NCBI GenBank assembly: GCA_947630575.1
Contig: CANRIB010000005.1
Coordinates: 196 to 64,195, forward strand
Length of the DNA: 64,000 nt
Direction: 5' to 3'
Origin: an uncultured Bacilli bacterium
GTDB lineage: Bacteria; Bacillota_I; Bacilli_A; RF39; UBA660
Below are positions 55,057-64,000 of the stretch, in pieces. Positions within the stretch are counted from its first letter, which is position 1. The number at the start of each line of letters is the position of its first letter. The notes under the pieces were generated by a model that saw nothing but the letters and a program-made list of their open reading frames with translations, was not told the DNA's origin and did no database searches. The translations under genes were made by a program, and so were the position numbers.

Positions 55057-55195
55057 ATTAAAAAGTACTTGACCAAAAAATATTTAGTAAGATATATTTA
55101 AATTATAAATATATTTAATGTCGGAATTTGTCGAACGGTTTTTCTTGCTTTAAAACCACTTTTAGGTTTAGAATAAATCTAAGGGGGAAAAGTCT

Positions 55196-56020
55196 ATGAA
55201 CTACAAAACATTAAAAGATGATTTAACATTTAAATATGTTTTTTCTCATGAAGATATCCTAAAAGATTTTATTGATTCTTTTTTAGATTTTATGGGTCTA
55301 AATTATAAAATGATATTTAATGATAGTAAGATTCAAAATTATATGTTGCCTAATAATATGGAAGTTAAAGGCTTCTTTGGTGATATAGTAGTAACATTAA
55401 ATAATGGTTCTATAATTTCACTAGAAATGTATAAAGGTACTTTTACTAAAAGAGAATATAAAAAGAGTTTAAGTTATTTACATAAATTAAGTATAGAACA
55501 AATGAAGCCTGGCGAAGACAATTATGAAAAGATAAAAAAGGTAATAGGAATAAGTTTTATGCAAGGAAACTTTAGAAGAATAAATAAAGAAATAGTAAAT
55601 AGTTATAGTTTTAGAGAAGAGATAACAGAAAAAGTAATAGATGAAGGAGATATAGAATTATACTTAGTAAGATATGATTTAGTACCAAAAAGAAGAACTA
55701 AAAAAGAAAAAAGATTTATAAAATGGTTAAGAATGATAAATGCAAAAGACATAGAAGAATTAGAAAAAATAGGGAAAGGAGATAAGATAATGGAAAATTC
55801 AATTAGAGTAGTAAAAGAATGGACAAAAGAAAGTTCTAAAAATGGGTTAGAAAACTATATTCATAAAATTGAATTTGAATCTGAAGAAAGAGGAGCAAAA
55901 ATAGCAACTAAAAAAAGAAACATGGAAATAGCCAAAAATTTATTAGCTTTAAATATTCCAATTAGTGATATTATTAAAGCAACAGGTTTATCTAAAAAAC
56001 AAATCAGTAATTTAATTTAA
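55196..56020 (+). CDS. Rpn/YhgA-like PD-(D/E)XK nuclease (recombination-promoting nuclease/putative transposase family)
   Basis: N-terminus LKDDLTFKYVFSHEDILKDFIDSFL and GDIVVTL...ISLEMYK (D...ExK) match my memory of the TIGR01784-type family. Confidence 0.65.
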   Translation: MNYKTLKDDLTFKYVFSHEDILKDFIDSFLDFMGLNYKMIFNDSKIQNYMLPNNMEVKGFFGDIVVTLNNGSIISLEMYKGTFTKREYKKSLSYLHKLSIEQMKPGEDNYEKIKKVIGISFMQGNFRRINKEIVNSYSFREEITEKVIDEGDIELYLVRYDLVPKRRTKKEKRFIKWLRMINAKDIEELEKIGKGDKIMENSIRVVKEWTKESSKNGLENYIHKIEFESEERGAKIATKKRNMEIAKNLLALNIPISDIIKATGLSKKQISNLI

Positions 56021-56103
56021 ATTATATATTAAAAGAAGCAAGTTTAGGCTTGCTTTTAGTTTGGAGAAAAGTTTTTCTAACATAGAACAATTTAGTTATT
56101 AGT

Positions 56104-56787
56104 TTATAATTTCATAGTTTGTTTAAGTTTTTTGATTACTTTTTTTTCGATGCGGGAAATATAGCTTTGGGATATTCCGAGTTTTTCGGCTACCTCTTTT
56201 TGAGTAAATTCTTTGGTATTATTTAGGCCATATCTTAAAGTCATGATTTCTTTTTCCCTATCATCTAAAGTGTTTATTTCACTTTCTAATATTTCTTTAT
56301 TTAATATTTTTTCATATTCATTGGGAACATAATCTATTTCTGTTCCTAATATGTCTTCTAAATGTAGTTCATTTCCTTCAGCATCATAGTTTAGAGCATC
56401 TTCAAAAGATATTTCTCCCCTCCTCTTTTTATTTTTACGAAGAAACATTAATATTTCATTAGATATACAACGGGATGCATAAGTAGCAAGTTTAATATTT
56501 TTATCTAGTTTATAAGTATTAATACCTTTTATTAAGCCAATGGAACCAATACTTACTAAGTCTTCTACATCATAACCTGTATTTTCGTATTTTTTAGCAA
56601 GAAATACTACTAGTCTTAGATTATGTTCTATAAGTTTATTTTTGGCTTCTATATCCCCTTTACTCGCCTTAATTATAGCATCTCGTTCTTCTATATCACT
56701 TAAAGGTGGGGGTAATTTGTCAGTTGCTCCCACAAAGAAACATTCATTATATTTACTTTTTAACCAATTAATTATTTTATTAATCAT
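56104..56787 (-). CDS. sigE: Sporulation pro-sigma-E
   Basis: Close parallel to B. subtilis SigE (LPPPLS, NLRLVVFLAKKYENTG, KLATYASRCISNEILMFLRKN, ISQSYISRIEKK). ATG at 56787 overlaps the spoIIGA stop (ATGA). Confidence 0.9.
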   Translation of the reverse strand: MINKIINWLKSKYNECFFVGATDKLPPPLSDIEERDAIIKASKGDIEAKNKLIEHNLRLVVFLAKKYENTGYDVEDLVSIGSIGLIKGINTYKLDKNIKLATYASRCISNEILMFLRKNKKRRGEISFEDALNYDAEGNELHLEDILGTEIDYVPNEYEKILNKEILESEINTLDDREKEIMTLRYGLNNTKEFTQKEVAEKLGISQSYISRIEKKVIKKLKQTMKL

Positions 56788-57584
56788 ATATCCTCCAAAA
56801 TTTGATAATTTAATAAACATTCAATACCATTTAATTTAAATGAATTTTCACTTAAACCAATTAAATAATTTTTAACTTCTTTATCATTTAAATATATTTT
56901 TGTGGGTTTAAAACATTCTAATAAAGAATGATGATTTAAACTGTTATAAGGAATATACATAGGACTACGAATATTATATTTGCCTTTTAATATTTTTTTA
57001 TTTATTAAAATTATAGGTTTATTAGTTATGGGATCTTTTAGTTTATTGCCTGTATCTAAAAAAGCTGGGAGAGATATTTTAGAGTTAGAATCAAAAAAGA
57101 TTGTTATTTTATAATAGTAATTTTTAACTTCTTTTAAAATATTAAGACTTTTAAGAAAGACATATAAAATAAAGGGAGTTAAAACAATGATAAAAAGATA
57201 ATTAATAGTGATTCCTTGATAATAAAAGACTAGACCATTATGAGAATAAGAAAATTCTACTTTAAGGAAATATAAAAAACCTCCTAAAATAATACTAACC
57301 ATATAAAAATAAAGAAGATTACTAATGGTATATTTAATATTTTTATAACCAAAGGCAATTAAAACCATGATTAAGGCTAAAAGAATTTTAAATATAATTA
57401 GAAGATACTTAGGAAGAGCAATAAATAAGCTTAAGAGAGATGTACTACCAAATAAAGCAGAAATAATTAATTTAGATATTTTACTATATCTTTTTAAAGC
57501 AATATTAATAGTTAATAGTAAAGAAAAATCAATAATAAAATTAATGATAAATACTATATCTAAATATATAATCATTTTATTCAC
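56784..57584 (-). CDS. spoIIGA: Sigma-E processing peptidase SpoIIGA
   Basis: 266 aa with five N-terminal TM segments and the DTGN aspartic-protease motif (FLDTGNKLKDP). Located immediately upstream of sigE. Confidence 0.85.
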   Translation of the reverse strand: MNKMIIYLDIVFIINFIIDFSLLLTINIALKRYSKISKLIISALFGSTSLLSLFIALPKYLLIIFKILLALIMVLIAFGYKNIKYTISNLLYFYMVSIILGGFLYFLKVEFSYSHNGLVFYYQGITINYLFIIVLTPFILYVFLKSLNILKEVKNYYYKITIFFDSNSKISLPAFLDTGNKLKDPITNKPIILINKKILKGKYNIRSPMYIPYNSLNHHSLLECFKPTKIYLNDKEVKNYLIGLSENSFKLNGIECLLNYQILEDI

Positions 57585-57794
57585 CAGAAATATTATAATA
57601 TATAAGAGTCAAAATATTTGTCACTTTATAGTTTTAATATCAATTAAATTAAAAATAGGACTATTAAGTCCTATTGCAAGCTTGTTTACTAAGCTTGTAC
57701 GTTATTCTAAGTAAATACGAAGTTTACTTAGCAATATTATTATAACATAGTTTTAATTAATTTACTAGGAGTAACTTTTAAATTATGTAAACCG

Positions 57795-60700
57795 TTAGAA
57801 ATCAAATAAACTTAATTGACTAGTTTCTGGTAGATTGCCAAATACCCCAAGAGAGCGAAGTTTATCTATGGTGGTAGCATTAACATGACCACGATTACCA
57901 AAATCTTCAATACTATAAAATGGTTTGATATTTCGTTCTTCAATTATTTTAGAAGCAACAGAATCCCCTAGTCCATCTAATGTTCTAAAAGGACAAATTA
58001 AAGTTTTTTTGTCTTCACCGATAATAAAGTTTTTGCCATCACTTTTTTCAATATCAATATTGCCAAATTTAAATCCACGAGCAGTAGCTTCAAGACAAAG
58101 TTTTAAAGTTTCTAAAACACTGGTTTCTTTATTAGTAGCGGAATAGCCTTTATTAATGATTTCATTCATTTTAGCTCTAATAGCATCATAACCTTTAATC
58201 ATTGTTTCTAAATCAAAATCATCAAATCTAGTAGAAAAATAGGTAGCGTAATAAACTTCAGGATGATGAACTTTAAAATAGGCAATGCGAAAAGCACTCA
58301 TAACATAGGCGGCCGCGTGGGCTTTAGGGAACATGTATTTAATTTTACCACAGGATTCAATAAACCAAGATTCAATGCCTGCATCTTCCATTTCTTTTTT
58401 GAATTTAGCCCAGCCTTCAGGGTCTTTGGAAGCTTTGCCTTTACGGACAAATTCCATGATTTTAAAGGCTTTGATAGGAGCCATGCCTTTATACATTAAA
58501 TATACCATGATATCATCACGACAACCTATAACATCACTAAATGGAACAACATTGTTACGAATTAATTCTTGAGCATTGCCTAACCAAACATCGGTACCGT
58601 GAGATAAACCAGATATTTTAATTAATTCGGCAAAAGTTTTAGGTTTAGTATCAACTAACATCCCAATAGTAAATGGTGTACCAAATTCAGGAACACCTAA
58701 GGTGCCAGTTTCATTCATGATTTGGTCTTTAGTAACACCTAGAGGTTCGGGAGATAAAAATATGCCCATTGTTTCTTTATCATCTAAAGGAACTGTTGTA
58801 ACATCGATACCCGAAATATCTTGAATCATACGAAGTTGAGTAGGATCAGTATGGCCTAAAATATCTAGTTTTAAAACATCTTGATCTATGGCATGGTAAT
58901 CAAAATGGGTGGTACGCCACGCAGCATCTATATCTTCAGCGGGATATTGGAAAGGCGTAAAATCAAAAACATCCATATAGCCCGGGATAACGACAATACC
59001 TCCAGGGTGTTGGCCAGTAGTTCTTTTAACGCCAGTACAACCCATCGCAAGACGTTCAACTTCAGCCCGATTAATAACGATTCCTTTTTGTTCAGCATAC
59101 CCTCTTACAAAACCACAGGCAGTTTTATCGGCAACTGTACCAATAGTTCCGGCACGGTAAACATTGTCAACACCAAATAATACTTTGGTATATTCATGAG
59201 CGGCAGCTTGATTTAAATCCGAAAAGTTTAAGTCTATATCTGGTACTTTATCAGCATTAAAGCCTAAGAAAGTGGCAAAAGGCATATCTTGACCATCTTT
59301 AGTCATTTTAGTACCACATTTAGGACATGTATAGTCAGGAAGATCAAAACCACTTTTATAGGTAGCTCCAAGAGGTTCACCATTTTCATCATTAAAGATA
59401 CTATGACGACAATTTTTGCAGCGATAATGAGGTGGCAAAGCATTAACTTCGGTAATTCCCATCATGGTAGCTACAAAACTGGAACCAACAGAACCACGAG
59501 AACCAACTAAAAAGCCATCATCATTACTCTTTTTAACTAATTTTTGTGCAATTAAGTAGATAACATCAAAGCCTCCACCAATAATTCCGCCTAAAGTTTT
59601 TTTGACTTTTTTATCAATATCTATTAAAGGGTCCGTTGCTTCTAATATTTTAAGTTCATTTTCACTGGCAGTTTTTTCTTCCCCTTCTAAACTGGCAATT
59701 TTAGTTTGTAATTCTTTAATATTATTTTCTTGTTCTTGTTTTAATTTTAAAATTAATTCTTCTTTTACGATTTCTTTTACAGCATCCATGCCCTTTAAAA
59801 TGGTTTCATGAAGAAGATGAAAAGCTTTAGTGGTTAGTTCATCTCCTTCTAAGCCTTCTTCTCTAATCAATTTAGTTTTGATACTATCTAAGACAGCATC
59901 ACCATATAATTCTTTAGATATTCTTTCTTCAATATTTAAAGGAAGAGGGTCGCCATACCAAGAAGCCGCTTTGGTATAAACTAAATCAGTAACAGTTTCA
60001 ATGGAGTTTTCGATTTTTGGGGAAAAAGGAACGCCGCCTGTTTGAATAATTACTTCTACTTCTTCAATCATGTCGGCAATTTTATTGGTATTTGTAACGA
60101 CAATTTCATAGGCTAAATCTTCACCTAAAAAGGCAAATTCTTCAAGCATTTCTTTAGTAGTTCGAAAATGCATATCGGGTTGGTCAACTCCCCTTTTATT
60201 TAAAGGATGAAGTTTTCCATTGGTTTTTTGAGCAATAATTATATCCCGATATATTTTATCTTGAGGTCGCAAATAATGAGCATCACTGGTCGCAACAACT
60301 ATTTTACCAGCACTTTTGGCAACTCGAATGATTTTCTTTAAGTGTTCTTCTAAATCTTCAACCGTGTGAAAACCACTTGATTCCATTTGTAGTAAATGTT
60401 TAAAAGCACTTATGGGTTGAACCTCAATATAATCATAAAATTGCATTAAGCCTCCAAGTTCTTCATCATCTTTAGTTTTGGCTTCTTCAAATATTTCCCC
60501 ATTGATACAACCACTGCCAATAAGAAGACCTTCACGAAGTTTTTTTAGTTCACCACGAGGTAATTTTGGTTCACTTCCGCGAAATAAATAAGTAGTATTA
60601 GCATAGGAAATTATTTTAAATAAATTTTTTAACCCGACTTTATTTTTAACTAAACAACATAAATGAAAAGGATAAGAGAATTTAATTAATTCATTTAAGT

Positions 60701-62834
60701 CAACAGAATTAAATAATTTGGTCGTTGTTTCAATATTACGGGCATCTAATTCTTCACACATTTTATGAAAGGCATGAGCAGTTCCTTCAGCATCATAATC
60801 GGCACGATGGTGCGCATCTTCATCCCATTCCACTTTGTAGCGTCTAGCTAAAGTCGTAAGTTTATGATTAGGCCATTCAGGATGGAGCATTCGGGCCATA
60901 CTCATAGTATCTAAAACTGTATTGGTAAATTCACCAAGATTATATTTAGCACAAGCGGCACTAATAAAACCAATATCAAATTTGGCATTATGGGCAACCA
61001 TTGGTAAATCCCCTGTCCAATCAAGAAATCTTTTGGTAACAACTTCTTCATTGTCATGACCTTTTAACATATCATCAGTAATATTTGTAAGTTCTGTTAT
61101 TTTCTCAGGGATAGGTCTTCCGGGGTCAATAAATTCATCAAAACAATCAATTACTTCTCCGGCTTTAATTTTGACAGCCCCAATTTCAATCATTTGGTCA
61201 CTTCCCACATAAAAACCGGTAGTTTCAGTATCAAATACTACATATTCTTGTTCTAATAAATTATATTCCCTTAAGTTATGAATAAAATCAATATCATCAT
61301 TTACAACATTTAATTCAGTGCCATAGATAACTTTAAAATGGTCTTCTTTTTCTTTGCCTTTATTAATACTATTTACGGCATGAAATAAATTAGGATAAGC
61401 TTGTAAGGCATTATGGTCAGTTACGGCGACAGCTTTATATCCTAGTCTGTTTGCAAAATCCACAATATTATTAGGGTCTTTTTCATCATTAGGAATTACT
61501 CCATCCATCATACTCATCATCGTATGAGTGTGTAATTCTACCCTTTTTACGGGGGCATCATCAATTATTTTTTCAATTTTAGGTTCAATTTTTTCTAAAT
61601 TCCAAATTTGAAAAACTAGTTCATTATCATAATTATCAAATTCAACATTACCATGAAATCTAAACCAATTTTTTTTCTTCGCAGCATCTTTTAACGCACT
61701 TTTAATTAAACCAAATTCTCTTTTGTTTTTCTTAAATATTTTGGCAAGCATACTACTAGTATTATCACTTATTTTTAGAGTCATAATATTAATATTATCT
61801 GTTTCTTTTAGCTCATCACCAAAAACATAAGCTTCAACAAGAACATTTTCCATAGCCCCAATTATATTAGTTATAGGAGTTATATTGCCTTCTTGATGTT
61901 CACCAATAATAACATTGGGATTGGCACTTTGAGAGATAATTATTTCTCTATTTTCTATTGCTTCTAAGTTTCTTACGCCTAAACTTAAACATTTAGAATA
62001 AGAATCAAAATCTACATTACCATTTAAGCGATACCAATTTTCTTCTTTTAAGATATTTTTTAAGGGTAAATATTCTTCTTTATCTTTTTTAAATATTTTA
62101 GCCATAATACTCTTATTGTTGTCATTAATAGATAAAGTAATAATATTAATATTATCTCTTTCTAAATAAGAAATAGATTCAATATACCCTTCAATAGTAA
62201 TATTTCTACCAATATTATTAATACTATTGATAGGTTGGAATTCTTTGGTAATATTTTTGCCCATGATAACTTCACCAGGCGTATATTCATGAATAACTTC
62301 TTTAAAAGTGGCAGGAGCTTGAACATCTTTTAAGACTTCTTCTACTTCTTTTTGTTTTTCTTCATTTAATTTAGTAGTAATATAATAATCTTTTAAACCT
62401 AAACTGGCTAGTATTCTATGAATATTATTTTCTTCTTTTTTAATTCTTTCTTCTTCGATATTACTTATTACTTCAAAAATAATAATATCATCATCAATAA
62501 GAGGTTTATTATCTAATAAACTAATTAAAGAAGGTTTTTCTTCAACTATTTTTTTAATAATCTCTTCAATATAAGTTAAAACATCTTCACTTGTTATATT
62601 ATCATAATTAATATATATATTACAATTATATAAACCATTTATTTTATATTTATTATTAATTAGTTTATTAATAATATTAAATGGTAATACTTGATTACTT
62701 TTTAAATAAACATTAAATGTTTCGGATTTTTTATTTAATACTACTTTTTCAATAATTACATCTTTTAGAATATTTTCTTCATCATTAAAATTAATACTTG
62801 TTAAAAAATTATTTATATCATGCATTATTTTCAC
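57795..62834 (-). CDS. polC: DNA polymerase III PolC-type, enlarged (1679 aa) with duplicated N-terminal OB domain
   Basis: PHP (VELHTHTMMS), DEDDh exonuclease (VVFDTETTG, HRADYDA), Zn finger (CKNC...CPKC) and Pol III alpha core. Two similar ~90-aa OB-like units at about aa 205-295 and 325-425. Confidence 0.95.
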   Translation of the reverse strand: MKIMHDINNFLTSINFNDEENILKDVIIEKVVLNKKSETFNVYLKSNQVLPFNIINKLINNKYKINGLYNCNIYINYDNITSEDVLTYIEEIIKKIVEEKPSLISLLDNKPLIDDDIIIFEVISNIEEERIKKEENNIHRILASLGLKDYYITTKLNEEKQKEVEEVLKDVQAPATFKEVIHEYTPGEVIMGKNITKEFQPINSINNIGRNITIEGYIESISYLERDNINIITLSINDNNKSIMAKIFKKDKEEYLPLKNILKEENWYRLNGNVDFDSYSKCLSLGVRNLEAIENREIIISQSANPNVIIGEHQEGNITPITNIIGAMENVLVEAYVFGDELKETDNINIMTLKISDNTSSMLAKIFKKNKREFGLIKSALKDAAKKKNWFRFHGNVEFDNYDNELVFQIWNLEKIEPKIEKIIDDAPVKRVELHTHTMMSMMDGVIPNDEKDPNNIVDFANRLGYKAVAVTDHNALQAYPNLFHAVNSINKGKEKEDHFKVIYGTELNVVNDDIDFIHNLREYNLLEQEYVVFDTETTGFYVGSDQMIEIGAVKIKAGEVIDCFDEFIDPGRPIPEKITELTNITDDMLKGHDNEEVVTKRFLDWTGDLPMVAHNAKFDIGFISAACAKYNLGEFTNTVLDTMSMARMLHPEWPNHKLTTLARRYKVEWDEDAHHRADYDAEGTAHAFHKMCEELDARNIETTTKLFNSVDLNELIKFSYPFHLCCLVKNKVGLKNLFKIISYANTTYLFRGSEPKLPRGELKKLREGLLIGSGCINGEIFEEAKTKDDEELGGLMQFYDYIEVQPISAFKHLLQMESSGFHTVEDLEEHLKKIIRVAKSAGKIVVATSDAHYLRPQDKIYRDIIIAQKTNGKLHPLNKRGVDQPDMHFRTTKEMLEEFAFLGEDLAYEIVVTNTNKIADMIEEVEVIIQTGGVPFSPKIENSIETVTDLVYTKAASWYGDPLPLNIEERISKELYGDAVLDSIKTKLIREEGLEGDELTTKAFHLLHETILKGMDAVKEIVKEELILKLKQEQENNIKELQTKIASLEGEEKTASENELKILEATDPLIDIDKKVKKTLGGIIGGGFDVIYLIAQKLVKKSNDDGFLVGSRGSVGSSFVATMMGITEVNALPPHYRCKNCRHSIFNDENGEPLGATYKSGFDLPDYTCPKCGTKMTKDGQDMPFATFLGFNADKVPDIDLNFSDLNQAAAHEYTKVLFGVDNVYRAGTIGTVADKTACGFVRGYAEQKGIVINRAEVERLAMGCTGVKRTTGQHPGGIVVIPGYMDVFDFTPFQYPAEDIDAAWRTTHFDYHAIDQDVLKLDILGHTDPTQLRMIQDISGIDVTTVPLDDKETMGIFLSPEPLGVTKDQIMNETGTLGVPEFGTPFTIGMLVDTKPKTFAELIKISGLSHGTDVWLGNAQELIRNNVVPFSDVIGCRDDIMVYLMYKGMAPIKAFKIMEFVRKGKASKDPEGWAKFKKEMEDAGIESWFIESCGKIKYMFPKAHAAAYVMSAFRIAYFKVHHPEVYYATYFSTRFDDFDLETMIKGYDAIRAKMNEIINKGYSATNKETSVLETLKLCLEATARGFKFGNIDIEKSDGKNFIIGEDKKTLICPFRTLDGLGDSVASKIIEERNIKPFYSIEDFGNRGHVNATTIDKLRSLGVFGNLPETSQLSLFDF

Positions 62835-62943
62835 CCCACTAATATAGAAATTTTCTAGATGGTGTCTAGAATTTTGATAATTTTATTATATTATAAATTT
62901 AAAGTTTATTCAATGTTGGCATTACGAATTTTAGTTAAAAATG

Positions 62944-64000
62944 CTAAATTTTATTTAGCACATCAATATTTATTTGATAGGTGTCAAATCTTTTACTTAC
63001 CCGTCCAGTTATAGATAATAAATCTCCTTTATTAATATTAAAAAGCAAATTATAAGCTTTAGGGAATAGAACAAAATCAAGATTGCCAGTTTCATCACTG
63101 CAAGATAAAAAAGCCATATTATCCCCTTTTTTGGTTTTAATTGTTCGTACTTTTTCAAGTAAGACTACACATCTAACTCGTTTATCAAAATAATTTTTAA
63201 TATTATTTATTTTAATAATATTATCTTTATAAATACTTGAAGGATGATTAGTTAAATAAAAGCCATATGAATTATATTCTTTTTTTCTTAATTCTTCTAA
63301 TGGATATTCAGGATATTCTTCTAATGAGGGAACAGCCACAAAAGATGAGTCTAAATCACTTATTAAAGATGCATAATTAATGGCAATATCGAGATTTTCA
63401 ATCATCATTTTTTTATTTAAATTAAAACTATCTAAGACTCCCGCTTCAATTAAAGAGATAATAGTTTTTTTATTTACACTTTTACCATATACCCGACTTA
63501 CAAAATCTAAATAGTCTTTAAATTCACCATTTTTGGTTCTTTCTTCAATTATGGCTTCTGTGGCATTAATTCCTAAATTTTTAATACTACTTAGAGGTAA
63601 CATTAAACTATTATTAAAAATTAAATAATTATTAGTACTAATATTAATATTGGGTTTTAAAATATTAATATTTTTTATTTTAGCTTCATCAATATATTCT
63701 TTGGTTTTAATTTCACTTCCTATACTCATATTAAGTAAATTAGTAATAAAATAAATAGGAAATTTTGTTTTTAAATAAGCCATTTGATACCCAATTAAAG
63801 CATAAGATACCGAATGGGCTTTATTAAAACCATAGTTAGCAAATTTTAAAATTAATTCATATATTTTATTTGCTATATCGGAAGTGTAACCTCTACTTAT
63901 GGCACTTTCTATAAAATGTTTTTTATCACTTAACATGATGCTTTCTTTTTTCTTGCTCATTGCACGTCTTATGTTGTCAGCTTCAGCATAGGAATAGCCA
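62944..64000 (-). CDS. dnaE: DNA polymerase III alpha subunit DnaE, C-terminal part (5' end outside the window)
   Basis: The frame stays open upstream of the track Met to position 64000 (..GYSYAEADNIRRAMSKKK..). NKAHSVSYALIGYQMAYLK and the C-terminal OB region are typical of DnaE. Confidence 0.85.
   Translation of the reverse strand, partial: GYSYAEADNIRRAMSKKKESIMLSDKKHFIESAISRGYTSDIANKIYELILKFANYGFNKAHSVSYALIGYQMAYLKTKFPIYFITNLLNMSIGSEIKTKEYIDEAKIKNINILKPNINISTNNYLIFNNSLMLPLSSIKNLGINATEAIIEERTKNGEFKDYLDFVSRVYGKSVNKKTIISLIEAGVLDSFNLNKKMMIENLDIAINYASLISDLDSSFVAVPSLEEYPEYPLEELRKKEYNSYGFYLTNHPSSIYKDNIIKINNIKNYFDKRVRCVVLLEKVRTIKTKKGDNMAFLSCSDETGNLDFVLFPKAYNLLFNINKGDLLSITGRVSKRFDTYQINIDVLNKI

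Noticed and set aside
57655-57731. Two hairpins (ataggac/gtcctat and ctaagtaaa/tttacttag) between polC and spoIIGA, considered as a riboswitch or sRNA. A possible spoIIG-type promoter with a long spacer (GTGACA-21-TATAAT near 57595..57630) was also considered.
   Set aside because: The first hairpin plus U-run is adequately explained as the polC terminator. The second lacks a U-run and any recognisable motif. The promoter and 0A-box reading is too degenerate to support.
58263-59510. Several 70-100-aa plus-strand ORFs within polC. Similar cases are 4826..5287 across proS/xseB and 21014..21373 across prpC.
   Set aside because: They are antisense to strongly conserved genes, with no SD and implausible composition.
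62944-63960. Track start of the DnaE ORF at 63960 (Met), considered as a true start of a 338-aa protein.
   Set aside because: The reading frame stays open to the window end and continues the conserved DnaE sequence (..EADNIRRAMSKKK..). The gene is simply cut by the window.
1-64000. Possibility of Mollicutes-type genetic code (UGA = Trp), given the extreme AT content and Mycoplasma-like gene set.
   Set aside because: All conserved genes are full length under the standard code, and TGA terminates several well-defined genes (for example ORF 167..1684, the GNAT gene at 8017 and spoIIGA). Trp positions in conserved motifs are encoded without interrupting the ORFs.

Overview
Very AT-rich chromosomal segment, roughly 70% A+T by eye. 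It uses the standard genetic code: long uninterrupted ORFs such as the 1679-aa PolC, with Trp encoded normally. The source is probably a low-GC, endospore-forming Firmicute, because SpoIVB, SpoIIGA and pro-sigma-E are present. About 90% of genes lie on the minus strand. Most of the window is housekeeping in Bacillus-like synteny: proS, xseB/xseA, nusB, tyrS, mutS, rpe-rsgA-prkC-prpC-rlmN-fmt, sufCDSU, alaS, infC-rpmI-rplT, rpsU, frr, tsf-rpsB, pgsA, gpsB, recU-ponA, spoIIGA-sigE, polC and dnaE. The ORF track misses several features. These are an RNase P RNA (about 50860..51192, minus), a Tyr T-box leader followed by a Tyr-codon-rich uORF upstream of tyrS, an L20-type attenuator leader with a probable AUA start for infC, three tandem double-glycine bacteriocin precursor genes (36573..37005) downstream of a C39-peptidase ABC exporter, and a structured ~100-nt element present twice. 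The strongest lead is a pair of paralogous membrane-anchored proteins (167..1684 and 45484..47442), each divergently paired with an XRE regulator. Their near-identical C-terminal lectin-like domains differ in one ~95-bp, A-depleted, ~52-57% GC cassette with NNC/NNT-type codons. That is the signature of a diversity-generating retroelement (DGR) variable region, but no reverse transcriptase or template repeat lies in this window. Other oddities are near-identical Rho-N/HeH-like tails on ribosomal proteins L20 and S2, a 583-aa AlaRS lacking the C-Ala domain, a PolC with a tandemly duplicated OB domain, a PfkB kinase with a Pro/Thr-rich tail, and several breaks in canonical operons. All function calls come from motif recognition by eye and memory. 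No searches or computations were run.
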